Shown piece after piece: positions 12,255 to 24,871 of a stretch of DNA of 64,000 bases (positions within the stretch are counted from its first letter, which is position 1; each line of letters starts with the position of its first letter). This DNA is from Chrysemys picta bellii (lineage: Eukaryota), in assembly GCF_011386835.1 (NCBI RefSeq), contig NC_088809.1, positions 1,116,001-1,180,000 of the forward strand. Direction: 5' to 3'. A program made the translations under genes and the position numbers. The notes beneath the pieces are model-generated. The model worked only from the letters and a program-made list of their open reading frames with translations. It had not been told where the DNA came from and did not search any database.

Positions 12255-13072
12255 TTATTCCATCTCCACCTCCTGCATGGGGAGCTGCTGTTCGTTTCTC
12301 ACCCACGGTACCGGCTCCGGCACATGCGGGTCATAAGTCCATTTAGGGAAGATGCGCTTGTACAGATTCAGCAGCACCGTGTCCTGGGATTTCAGCTGGC
12401 CATCAAAATGACACTTCATGTGACCATGAGTCCCTAGGCAAAGAAAACAACAGAAGCTGTTAGCTGCATTTTGCCTGTTCCTCTTCCCCAGCCCAGGGAA
12501 GAGCAGACAGTGTTTGAGTAGGGATGCAGGGACAGTGATTGTGGCCCAACACCATGAGAGGAAAGCAAGGCAACAATGCATGTCAAACCCGGCCTACCTA
12601 GCGGCTCCGTGATGTGTCCTCTGCGGCCCCACTTGGTCCTCAGCTCCACCGGCTTAAACCACAGCACATCCTCTGCAGATCAAAGACAAGAGACACATGA
12701 GAAACAGCTCCCCAGCACCCTGCCACATAGCTAGCCAACCAGGCAGGAGTCAGGCTGCTTGAGCTACTACCCAGAGCAGCTGTGAGTATGACGAGCAGCG
12801 GCACACTGGCCAAAGAGCTATAGTGTGCATTCACCTATAGGCGAAACAGAATCACTGCTGCATGGATGGGTGTGCTCAGAACACGAGAGCCTCTCTGCAG
12901 GGCACGGGACACTTGCTGAGATATCTGGGTCACGTCAACACGTATGTCCGAATGTTCACAAGAGCTCAGCTCTGCACTTCCAGGTCTGAAAGGCTCCAGT
13001 TATTGGAAGTCATGACAGACTTTCCTATGGAACTGCAGGGTCTCTAGGGGCACACAGGACCTGCTGTACCAT

Positions 13073-13106
<34 letters not shown>

Positions 13107-16100
13107 CACGTACCTCTGTTAAAGAACATGTACCGCACTACAGCCGTCTTGCTGAAGATCTTGAAAGGGTGACCACTGAGCACCAGCCGCTTGATGATGA
13201 TTCTGTCTGGATCCACCGAGAGCAGAAAGCCTGTGGCAATGAGGTCGTGCATTCCTGTGGAGCAGAGCTAATATGAATGCCACTGCTCAGTGGGTCCTAG
13301 AGCAGGGCAGTCCCCACAGCAAGAATAAGGACAGGGCCATTACTCCAGAGCCTGAGGGAGAGGAGATGGGCAAGTTCATCCTCTCAGAGCCCGACAGATG
13401 ATTAAGGCACGTCAGATGCGTGGCAGTATTGGAGAATGGGACCCAGATCCATCAGTGGAAGCTGGAAATCCCTGCTGCTAGGATTAGCTTTCATTTCTCA
13501 TTCAGTCACCCCCCTCAGCACTCACTGACTTACCGTTACTCCTTTGTTTAAACAGTAGCACCGAGGCTGGGGGAAAAGTGATGGGAGCATAAACAGTCAC
13601 CACCAGGGCTGCATCAGGCCGCAGGAAACGCTCCAACTTGTGCTTATCAGCTAGAAGAGAGAAAGCACCAAGTAAAACTCAGTTACCAGCCAGGGGCCGG
13701 CAGGGGAGCTCCAGGACCCAACACCAACAAGCAGCAGGCCAGCCACAATACACACTAATTTGGACTGTCAACACATTGCTCAGGGAACACTCTTCAGGTC
13801 CGTCCACTCCCTCCTTCTGCTCAGCCTTGGGAGCAACCTCAGCAGCACGGGGTTGTGGGTCACACGCAGCCCCCCTCCCTCCACCATCACAATAGGCTGT
13901 TGAGAGCCAACCCCTTGGAGAAGGAGATCACCAATTCAAATTATAGAGCCTCGTCCAATCCCGAGCAAGGACGAGCCCTACCAGTACCACTTCCTCACGG
14001 TCCCAGGGAACCACGTGCTGCCCAGGCCAATCCAGCCCCCTCAAAGGGGAAAGGAATTGAGTCCATTCGTTGAAGCCCAACAGCCAAGATATGCAAGTCC
14101 TCAGAGTCCCTTCAGCCATCCCAGGTTTCCCCCCCAAAGACCCCAGCCAGGAGGGGGTCTGCACAGAAAGGGAGCAAAGGGCCCAACCCTCTATATGCAG
14201 TTTGTCCACTAGTGGGTCCGACACCCACCTGAGCTATGCTGGGAGTACAGAGGGGAGGCGCGGAAGCGCCTGAACCCACAGTGGAAGATCAACTCCTCCT
14301 TGGCTTTCACTGTCTCACTGTTGCCCAGGTGCCGCCTCACTGCAAAGTTCAGCACAGACATCTGCAGAGAGAGGGAGAAAGGCAATGCTGAGGGGCCGCG
14401 CTCACCTGGAACGGCAGGGTTGCAAAGTTGAAAGCCATGGATAATACAGAATAGCTCCGCAAGCCAGATGTCTCCAGTGTCTCAACAGCTCACAACCCAG
14501 GTGCTTTAGCCAAAGTGCTGCCAGATCTTCCTTTTATGCCAGAGAATCCCTACCCCCACCAGAGACGCCTCAGAGCCATAAAGGGTTCATCAGCAACATT
14601 TCAGCCAGGTTCAGACGTTCTGGTTTAAACCATCATGGCCATCTCCCTGCTATTCTGATGTGACCCCCAGGACCTGCAGAAACAGCTTCAACCCCAACCA
14701 GCACAAGAAGATTTGAACTGAATTCCTTGTACACTCAGACCTTCTCCTCCCAGCAAAGGCCCCAGGAAGGCCAGGAGAACGCCAAGCCTGGATCAGCCGG
14801 AGGGGAAGAGGCACAGTGGCTTTCCAGCTCTTCTGGGTGATGGCAGGTTACAGCCTGTGGCACACTCACCTTTTGCTCATGGGGAAGCAGTGAGAATAGG
14901 ACCAGAGGCAGCCCCTGCCTGAAACTCTCCATCACTGAGCTAGGAACACTACAGATGTGAAGGGTAACGTACCAGCCAACCTGTCGAGAGAGAAGTGCAG
15001 AACAACAGTTAATGCAGGTTCCCTGCTGTCAAGGTGCGAAGGAGCAAGATGGAGCATGCATGTGGGGAGTGGCCTAGGCACACAGGCTGTGGGGTAGAGA
15101 AAACAGGACACCAGTACTACCTGGGCTTTACCTACAACACAGGAACAGGCCTAGCCAGCAACCAGCAGTGCCTCAACTTCACTACCACACCTCGCCTGCC
15201 AAGAGCGAGGAAACACAGCAGGGAAGGAGGAGAGATGGACAACATGGGGGAAGATAAATTAGCCAAGGAAAGGCAGGTACCGCGGCCCCTTCAGGTTCCT
15301 CTTTCTCTATCTGCCGGAAGACATGCTTCCTGGTTCGGGAGAAGTCCTGGAACTGGAAGATCCTGGCATAATCCCTGGGGAGATTCTCTTTGGGATCCCA
15401 AGGAGAAGTCCGGAAACTTTTGAGCCCCCTGTACTTCTGGAACCTGGAGGACAGAGTTTCAGAGACTTTACTCAACAAATCCTATAGCAGTTAGCAAGCA
15501 AATACCCTTGCCCCATGTGAGGACATCTGCATTATACCTTTACAGGGACTTACACCACACAGGGTCTCACAGAGAGCAAGGGGGAATTCATCCTCCTCAT
15601 AGGAGAGATCTGATCACAGAGAGTCAGGAACATCCTGATGCCATCAGCCCCCAAATGAGCCACACAGAAGGGAACTGTCACTGCACCAGCCCACTGGATC
15701 AGACAGGCACAGAGGAAGGGTCTAGTTTGATGCAATCACCCACATGGGTTCTCACTACAGGAAAACCCCACCAATTTCACTAGGCAAACTAGAGCATGCT
15801 CAGTCCCATCCCCCATTGCACACTGCCGGTCTCAAAGCCAGGACATCTCCAGGGAGAGTCACTAGCAAACGCACTCCTTCCATCCTGGCATGAGGTTTCT
15901 TACCGGACTCTGGCAGGCAAGTTGCGGGGGGTGTCCACCTCATCTGGGAACATTTGATCCAATCTCTCCTGCTTGTACTTCTCCAACATCTGCTCCTCAT
16001 CCTCATCCAGCATCTCGTCGTATAGGTCGTCCCGAGCAGACTCTGCTACAGTCATGGTCTCACACTCCTCCTCTACAAGCTCCTCCTCCTCGCTGCTTTC

Positions 16101-19100
16101 CCCAACCTGCCACAGACAGCATATACTGCTCTTGATGTGCAGAGTCCACAGGCACGTGTACTTACACCCACACTCCAGGCAACACTGCAGGGGCTGCATG
16201 CATCTTGTACAACGCAGAGCACAGCCCCCGCTGGAGTTTAGATAAGAGGGTAGCTGACTATGACAGAGGGAGCAATACAAAGGGGCATGTGGCTGCATAG
16301 ACTTCACCCCTTTGAAATGTGGACACCAGCCTGGCTGTATGTTGTGCCCTTATACTGCCTGTCTGGGTGTGGAAAAAACAGACAGACGGTTTGCAGGGTG
16401 GCAAGCACACTAGTACTTGGATACAACCTACAATATCAATCTCTTGTTACCTGGGAAGCCTCTTCCATCAAATCTTCATCCTCCAGGTTGTCCTCCTCCT
16501 CCTCCTCACTGCCATCATCTCCATCCTCCACAATCCACGCAGCCTGGTAGTTGGATGTTCCCTTGGGGACCTTCACCACCTTCCTCCTTTCCTTCAGGGA
16601 CTCTGCCAGATTCCCAGAGTGGTTAGTACTGCATAGCCCCTCTCCCCCTCCTCTTTACCTACAGTAATGCCAGACATGGCACTAGGCTGCTCCCTCTAGT
16701 TCCCCTTTCCAGCTGTGTGGACAGTCAAATGGAAGAGCAAGTTATATGAAACAGGTGGAGGGATTTACAGCAATGTATCTATTCTGTGCAGAAATCAGTA
16801 ACCAGAATCCAGAGACTGTTCACACATCCCTGGGATTTCACCATTCATCATCACGAATGCCAGGATTGGAGAGCACAGCTCATTCCCTCACAGAGCAGTT
16901 AGGAATAACTCTGCACTATATGGCCATCAGCAGACAGATGCTCGGGATCCCATGACGTGCTCTCCAACTATCTGGCCAGCCGAAATTCAGGATCAAACTG
17001 GAGAAGCTATGCAGCCCAACGTCAGAGGAAGAGGCTGGAAATAGGAGTCGACAGGGGCCTGGGTTCAAAACTAGATACCATGCCCAGCCTTAAGCTTCTC
17101 AGCTAGAGCTCGTAAAAATTAAAAACTTCACCAATAACCTAAGGAAAGGCTAGAGAAATATTGCCCGCACTGACCATCTGCCTCTTTCAGCTCCTCCTCA
17201 GTGGGCCAGGTCTGTTCCCCCTCCATGGGGTCAGGAATCACCTCTGATTGCAAAGACTCCTGTCTTCTAGGATCTGCCTTCATCAGGACCTTAATGACTT
17301 CCTCCATCTCAACAGCACCGTTTACAGAATCATCCTAGCAGACAAAGTCATTAAGTGAGAACCCACCCAATTCAAGCTGCACATCGCAGTTTGTAGCAAA
17401 GGACTAGCCCCACCACAACCCAAGATAATCCCACCACTAGCAAGAAAGTACTCACCCACAGCACACCCTATGCTCATTGTGAACACTGTGCTCTGTCCAA
17501 AGAGCTTCTCTAAGAGGGCAAAGCTTTATAGTCTGCCTTGAACCAACCTGACTGAATGACCACAGGTGCTGACTGTTGGGAGCTAAGGCATATTTAGGCC
17601 TGACAGAAGCCTACTGTGGCTTTTCATAGTCTGTTCTGATAATATTTAACATAAGCATAAGGAGAACTACATGTGTAAGAAATTGAAGAGTGTGAGAAGA
17701 AGAAAAGCTAAAGTAACTACAAAAAATAAAGACGAGTTTGAACTAACACAAAACCTGCACTGATGGGGGAGAGGAGTTAGCATGGAAATGAAAGACTAAT
17801 AACGTATGTATAAAAGAAGAGAACAAAGAGTTATAAATAAGTGTGTGTAACAAAGGGAGGTTAAAGCTGTACTGTCCAGTGCTGGAGGAAACGGTGAGGT
17901 AATTGTCCTAATGAGCTACCTATTTGTGAGTCACTGATCACTACTTGCTGAGTGTTTTGCCTTCAGAAAGATTTATTAGACCCATCTGCTGAGTAAGTGA
18001 ATCTTAATCCAGTTCTAGAGAACATTGGTTCAAAGATCCTGCAGTTTCTAAACGATTACCAGGGAAGAGATAACTCTCAGTGGGCCCCTCAGAGTCCAGA
18101 ACTCCATCCTACCTGTATGTCCATGTCCTGGCCCTTCCTCTGCTGCCCTTTAGCCACTCGGGGGTTGAGAGAGAAGGGGTCTGGAGGGGCATCAACCTGA
18201 CTCATCTGGAAGTCTCCATGTCCCACGATATGCACCAGGCTGTTCACATTGAGGGTGCGTCCCCGAACGAAGCCAGATACCTTCAAGGTCCCCACCAAGT
18301 CACTATCGTGGCTGGGCATAAACTCAGCCTCTTGGGCAAGCAGATAGGCCCGTCTATCTCGGAAAGCAAGGTGCCGCTGCTTCTGGGCAGCGAGATGCCT
18401 CAGCAACAACAAAGACTCTTGCTCGGTGTTCAGGGGGAAGAGTTTGGCCTCCGGGAAGCGCTTCTCAATAGCTTTGCCCAATTTCTTCTTAGCATCTGCC
18501 TGTTTCTTCTGTGGGAGATCAGTGACTCCATGGACAGCAAGGGCTAGCAGACAGCAAAGAGAACAACAGTTAACAGTCAAAGCTCAAAAAGCCATCCTGG
18601 GTCAGACCTATGGTCCATCTAGCCCAGTATCCGGTCTTCTGACAGTGGCCAGTGCCAGGTGCCCCAGAGGGAATGAACAGAACAAGTAATCATCAAGTGA
18701 TCCATCCCGTCGCCCATTCCCAGTTTCTGCCAACAGAGGCTAGGGCAGTGGTCCCCAACGTGGTGCCCGCCAGCGCCATGGCACCCGCCGGGGCATTTAT
18801 GTGCGCCCGGGTACTGGCCGCCGGACAAGCATCCGCCGAAATGCCGCCAAGAAGCAGTGTCATCAAGAGGTGTTGCCGTCGAAATGCTCCTCCCCAGCAC
18901 GCAAGTCTATCTAGATGGCTCAAGAGATCCATAACCTTCGCACCAGGCAGGTAAGTCACCATGTGGTTCTCCCACTCATCGCAAACCCAGCTATCTGTTT
19001 CTAATGATCGAATCACCCATTACTAATAACTGTCCCTTCCTAATAACTGGAGTTCCCTCCTCCGGAGAGGTATCCTCAGTGCGAGCGGAGACCACATCAT

Positions 19101-20626
19101 CATCTGGAAGGAGGGTCCCAACCATGGGATCAGTTCTCTCTGCTGCAGCTGGATGTTCTCCTTCCCTGAGACTTTCATCCTCCTCAACAGCACAGAGGCT
19201 GTCAGACAGGGGAAGGGACCGTCTCATCTATGTACCGCTGTCTCCCCTAGCTCCTCCAGCTGGGGATGTACCGATGTAGATTCATTTGTGCCCACTATGT
19301 GGCGCATTTAAATAGTCAAAATGCTAACAAGTGTTCAACGAGTAGGCAGCAGCCTGGATCCAAGATGTCTCTTATGTCTTTAGATCACCAGCATTAACCC
19401 AACAGGGGTGCACTCACAGAGGGGGACTGATAACATTAGATCAACTGATCTGCACTCCAAGCTTCTAGATAGCAAGATCCAGTGGCAACCTACCTGCTGT
19501 ATGGGGGTCCTGGTTACTGCACCAGCGTCCAGTCAAGAACTCTGGAATCTCATTAGACACCCCGCTCCAACCCCCTAGGGTACCCTCTGCTTTTTAATTC
19601 ACCTACCATAGCTGGGGAGCCCCTGCGCAAAGAGGCAAGAGAGGCAGTAATCTCCAGCGCTGTCCCAGCCATCGAGCGGATCCAGTACGAACAGCAGAGT
19701 ATCAGCTACTTTCGCCAGGTCTAACACAGCATGAAGATTCCCTAGAAACACAGTATGAGAATATGGCAGAACGAGGCACTAATGAGTTTCAGCAGAACAC
19801 AGTGGAATTAAAAATTTTATTAAGATGATGTTAAAAATAAATAGCGAACAGAGTTTGAGCATAGAAGTTTCTGGTTATCAGGGAATAACATACAGATCAT
19901 TGAGGGTGCAAAGTTTGGTTTAAGATAAGGTGGCATGAGGAATACATAATCTGCAATATCCCCAGCACAAGCCCTCCTAGTCCTTCAGGGTTTCCTTACC
20001 CATGGGTGCCGTCGCAAAGCGCCAGCGCAGTTTAAGTCGGGGGCAGAGCAGCACAAAACCCTCTGCTCTCTCATCCGTATGCACAAGGGCAGATTCGTCA
20101 CTCTGAAGCAGCCTCAAGGCGTCGTGGGTGACCACCCCAACGTGCAGTGGGACCACCACCACCAGGTGAGGCGGCCCATCTTTGCTACCCAGGTGTCGCT
20201 TTTCTGCCAGCACCTGGGAACAGAAACAGCTGACAATAAAACTGCCCGCCCCCCATCGCTGCTGGGGCGGGCAGCTCCGGGCCCCACCGCGTGTCACGCC
20301 CCGCCCCGCTCCCCGCGGCCCCAGCCCCCGGCTCGCTCACCGCCTCCTTGCGCTGCCTGCGGAGCTGCAGGGCCTGGTGCCTCCGGTCCGGCTTGGTCAG
20401 GTCCCGCCGGCGGCGGCTCAGGGTCTTGGCGGGGACGCGGCCTAGGGGGAGAGAGCGGCGGTTAGCGCGGGCCCCCGCGGCCGGGCAGGGCGGGTACCGC
20501 GGGCCCCGACAGGGTCTCACCTCCCGCCCGGCGCTGGGCCCCTCCGCGCTGCTTCCGCCCCTTGTGCGGCTTGTTCTGCTGCTTCAGGGCCCCGGCCCGG
20601 TGCGCGGCCGCCGCGCCCGCCGCCAT
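12255..20626 (-). CDS. TSR1: Pre-rRNA-processing protein TSR1 (40S assembly factor), complete, 15 exons, 806 aa
   Basis: Exons (- strand): 20626-20521, 20441-20341, 20213-20000, 19741-19607, 18543-18113, 17334-17175, 16602-16451, 16106-15904, 15443-15281, 14980-14870, 14361-14229, 13650-13534, 13254-13114, 12672-12598, 12433-12255. All phases are compatible, total 2421 nt. Peptides match TSR1 ([58 protein letters not shown]). Confidence 0.97.
13073..13104. repeat. (CA)n microsatellite in TSR1 intron 13, near the donor
   Basis: Direct reading of an about 16-unit CA run. Confidence 0.9.
14567..14639 (-). ncRNA. SNORD91: Box C/D snoRNA of the SNORD91 (HBII-296) family in TSR1 intron 10
   Basis: Minus strand reads GCC-ATGATGG (C box)...CGTCTGAACCTGG-CTGA (D')...CTGATGA (C')...CTGA (D)-GGC terminal stem. 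The guide is complementary to 28S rRNA CAGGUUCAGAC (recalled). Human SNORD91A/B are also TSR1-intronic. Confidence 0.85.
18600..19270 (-). mobile_element. Composite repeat in TSR1 intron 4: CR1 3' end, hAT-MITE fragment (CAGTGGTCCCCAAC, from ~18746) and CR1 ORF1 esterase fragment
   Basis: CCATCTAGCCCAGTATCC... is the CR1 tail in reverse. Minus-strand peptides [14 protein letters not shown] and [24 protein letters not shown] resemble the CR1 ORF1 SGNH/GDSL esterase, frameshifted. Confidence 0.7.
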
Positions 20627-21100
20627 CTTGCCTCCCAGCACTTCCGCTTCCAGGGCAGCCACGTGCGTCACCCGGAAATGACACATTCACTTCCGGTCTG
20701 CTGCCCGCGGAGGATACTGGGAGTAGGGGGGGAGCCAGGCAGGGGTTCAAGCGGGAAGAACTGGGAGCCGCCGAGCCCAGCAGACCGGTCAGCGCAGGCG
20801 TGAGGGCCCGGGGCCGGGCGGAACCAGGCCGCTGGTCACGGGCCGGGCCGAGGCGCCGCTGCAGCCCCCGGCGACGGGCTCGTTATACCTGGGCGGAGAC
20901 AGACACGCTCAGCGCGTCCCAGCCCCTAGGTCCGTGAGCCCAGCAAGCCAGTCCCCCCCCCCCCCGGGGAGCCCCGCGGAAAGCGGCCCTGGGGGAGCCC
21001 TGGTGGGGGGCAGCCGGGGATGTTACGCACCATTTTCCAAAATGCAGCTTGAGCCCAAGGGCCTGATAACGCAGCACAAGGCGACACAGACACCGACTCT
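20627..21100. promoter_or_regulatory. TSR1 CpG-island promoter
   Basis: ETS/GABP motifs ACTTCCGC (20640), CCGGAAAT (20672), ACTTCCGG (20689). E-box CACGTG at 20660. YY1-type CGCCATCTTG over the ATG. Confidence 0.75.
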
Positions 21101-24000
21101 CCCATGATCCAAACCGGGGCCGTAGTTCTCATGGCAGCCGTTTTCTCTGCTCGTCAGTTAGCTCAGTTCCCACTCCCCTTCCTGGGAGATCAGAGTCAGT
21201 CCTTATGGCAGTGTCTAGCTCCTGCACCCCAGGCACCAATATAGACATAGATGCAAACATCTGAACGTGCCTGCATCACCCCCATGGAGCCCGCCTTGCT
21301 CCTGGCCCAGTGCATGTGCGGGGAGAGGCAGGGAAGGGGTGGAGGTGGGCAGTGTCCATCTCTGCTGGAAAAGCCACTGGTGTTAGGCACCATCTGTGGC
21401 TGAAGGTAAGTTGTTTGGCTCCCTCACTCACTCTAGTGCAGGGCAGCAAGTCCTGGGGGCAGGGGAAATACACAGGAGGGGTCACAAGGATAGTCACGCT
21501 GCTGTCCTCCCAGGGGTGAAGCCCCTTTCCACCAGGCCCTGGAGTGATCAATATCCACCTCTGAGCCATGGTGATCTGGCCTGTGAGGGAGCTCCAGGGT
21601 TCACATGGGCAGTAACAGACTGGATCGTTCCAGTCCAAGTGCCAGCTGCAGTGGAATACAAGGAAAGCCCCTTCTGCTGCTGCATCTAGGACAGGAAACT
21701 TTCCTCTGATGGCTCTGAAGAGTGTCTGGTTCTTAGCCACGGCTGTGCATGGGGTCTGGCTGGCAGCCATGACTTAGTGCCCCCCTCCTCTGCCTTCCCC
21801 ATATGACATTACTACACTCCCTGTACCCAGGGCATCACCCAGAAATGCAACCATCCAGCAGAGGTTCCTGTGTGTTACCTGCCCTGGGATTTTATTCTCT
21901 TAGCCCAGGCCAAGGCTCCGCGTTCGAAATGGGACAGATGAGTTATTTACTGGAAACGCCAAGCAGCTGCCTCTGGATTCTGTGCAACTCAAACGGCATT
22001 GTCATTATTTCCAGAGACTCCTCACCCCTAACGCAGACAAGGAGCCGAAGACAGTGAGGGGCATAGAGGGGAAAGCAAAAGAGATTTGGCCACTCGTATG
22101 GGGGGAGCAGACAGGGAGAGTTATCTGAGGCTGGAGGGAGAGACATTTCCACATGGGAACAGCACATACCACCTCGGAACAGACACCAGGCACGGAACTG
22201 CTCAGAGTCTGATCTCACAAGGGGAAGCCAGGGCAGGAAACAGGAGGGGAGGGGGCGTGGACATGAGGACCCACGACACCCCTGACAATCCTAACTTCTG
22301 AGGGCATGAGGATGAGCCTGACAGTGACCTGTTCTCTGGACTGGCCAGCAACTCCTGGTCCCCTCCAGCAACTTGCAGTGTGTGGGGGTCTCGGAACTGC
22401 CTGTCCAAAGACAAGCAGAGAAACCCCACTGTAAAGAATAACTCCCCTGCCTCTCACCCAGCAGGCTCCATGGATGGGGGCTCACACGCAGTGCAGGGAG
22501 GCAACATTGCCCCAGGGGAATGGAACACTCAGACCACTCGGTAGGGACCCTCCCCCCCAACGGGGGCAGCATGGGCAGGGCTCTTGGGAAGTCATTCACT
22601 CTATTGTTTATTAGAGGATACAAGAGAAAAAACAAGCCACATCCCATGTTGGCACATCTGAAGGGAGGGGCCACGCAGTGACGACCACCTCTGCTCTTTA
22701 AATAGAGAGACAGCCACAGACAAACGCCTTTTCTTCCATCAGCTGTAACTGTGCAGTGCAAAGCCAGGCAAAGGAGCCTGGTGACAGGAGCGATGCTCCC
22801 AGCAGCCCCCCCTCAGAAGAAAAGGGGAAGACAGACCTTTGTGTTAGGGAGGGGAGTTGAACACTCCCCACCCCCTGACAACAATCCCTACAACCCAGCC
22901 AGATTAGCCCCTGGGAGCATTTCAAGGAGAGGTGCCTTAAATCCCACAGCAACTGTCTCTAACTCTCTCACTAAACGGGGACATAGTGGCCTTACAGCTG
23001 AATAGAAGAGGCAGGCTATTCCATATATGAACTACATGGGAAGCAATGACTTACCTGCCCCTTCTGTGGCCGGCCCAGGGGATTCAGGTGCTCTCTCCTT
23101 GGGGGTGTCTACTCACCCTTACACCCAGCTCCCCACAAGCATTTCACCAGCTTGCTCTTGTCATGGTGAGAGGAAGCGGGTCTGTGGTTTCACAGTACTT
23201 TGATCACCTGGCAGCAGCCCTGCCACTGGGGGGAAATTCAGCCATTGGACTGAAGTGGGGATGATTCTGCAGACTCTGCCCGTAGAGCATTGGTTTGAAT
23301 GGGCAGGAGTCTCGTTTGTGACCCAAGCACAGCTCTTCGTCAATGGCTGGCAGCTCGTCCCTCAAGTTCACAAACTAAGGATTTGGGGATGCCACAGAAA
23401 AGGGCATTTTCTTCCCTGCCTTTCAGAGGCGGACGTTTCCTTTGTCTCGCAGCACAGGACCTAGCCACAGCATCTTTAAAGTATCGCACTGCTTAGAAAA
23501 GTGGGTGTCTACTTGTGAAAAAAGCTCTTCAATCCTCAGCAGTTCTCTGGGGTGCATCAGGGCCAGGGCAATTCATCCTAGTGACAAAGCGTTAACTGAT
23601 TATCACTCCTGCTAGTTCATGGTGCCAATGCAGCTCCCAGAGCAGATTCCAGTCCTGCCTGTGTATCAGCAACAACATTGCTTGCAAAGCTGCAAGTCTC
23701 TGAAGGAATAATTAACTCAAGGGTCGTATTACTACAAGATTTCGTAGAGGCCAGTTGCCTAGTGGGATTCAAAGGAGGATGAGACATTCACCTAGATAAC
23801 GAGCACAGCCATAGCTTCGTAGGCAGGATGCCCCTTTTGTAAGATGGCCATAAACCCTCCTCTTTCGCTCTCCAGCAGGGGCCAGGAAAACTGCCCCTGG
23901 GGGACATGTTCTTCCATAATCGCCTTCTGCGGGGTTTTTTGCATCTTCCTTTGAAGCAGCTGGTCCTGGCTGGTGTCAGAGGCAGGACATTGGGCTAGCT

Positions 24001-24311
24001 CAGGGGTAGGCAACCTGTGGCACGGGTGCTGAAGGCCGCACGCAAGCGGATTTTCAGTGGCACTCACACTGCTCGGGTCCTGGCTACCGGTTCGGGGGGC
24101 TCTGCATTTTAATTTAATTTTAAATCAAGCTTCTTAAACATTTTAAAAACCTTATTTACTTTACATACAACAATAGTTTAGTTATATATTATAGACTTAT
24201 AGAAAGAGACCTTCTAAAAATGTTAAAATGTATTACTGGCACGTGAAACCTTAAATCAGAGTGAATAAATGAAGACTCGGCACACCACTTCTGAAAGGTT
24301 GCCGACCCCTG
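24001..24311 (+). mobile_element. Non-autonomous hAT (Charlie-like) MITE inserted in a CR1 3' fragment
   Basis: TIRs CAGGGGTAGGCAACC / GGTTGCCGACCCCTG. 8-bp TSD GGCTAGCT / GGCTAGAT (7/8). AT-rich interior. It interrupts the CR1 motif GGGCTAG-ATGGACC. Confidence 0.88.
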
Positions 24312-24816
24312 GGCTAGATGGACCCCACGTCTAATCCCGTTTACTGATGCCAACCGTCCTACGGCAACAGGTATCCCACGAGGACAGAGTTGGTGGAAGA
24401 ACCTTTACTGCTGCTGAGGACACAAGATGGAGAACCAGCTGGTCTTTCAAACTTCACGGGGATCATTCAGAGCTGGCAGTTAGAAAGAAATCATGGCACT
24501 TGTAAATGGAACAAATTTGATCTGGAGTCAGACACAGCAGCAGCCTCCCAATGAATGCCAGGCTTACCAAGTAGAGCCGCTGTTAAGTACCTGCCTCACC
24601 AAGGGCACTGACAAATGTATGGTTTGTAGGGGCCACCCTGCAGAAGCAATCAGAGCAAAACGGGGAGGGGGAAAGGCTGGGGCCCAGGGGCACATCTGGG
24701 AAAATCAGAGCCACAGCTCACAGCAGTTACTTCAACACTTTATTGATTAATGATTTGTACAGCTATGTACATGGCAAAGTAAAGCCAGCCTGTGGGAAAG
24801 CCGTGCAAGCAGCAGC

Positions 24817-24820
<4 letters not shown>

Positions 24821-24866
<46 letters not shown>

Positions 24867-24871
24867 CTCTC
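24821..24871. repeat. (CA)n(CT)n compound microsatellite, probably in the long POLDIP2 3' UTR
   Basis: Direct reading. Candidate minus-strand AATAAA signals at 27016-27021 and 24739-24744 bracket it. Confidence 0.85.

Noticed and set aside
17560-17960. AT-rich LTR-like stretch with TATAAAAG in TSR1 intron 5
   Set aside because: I could not define termini, a TSD or a family by eye, so it is not reported as a feature.
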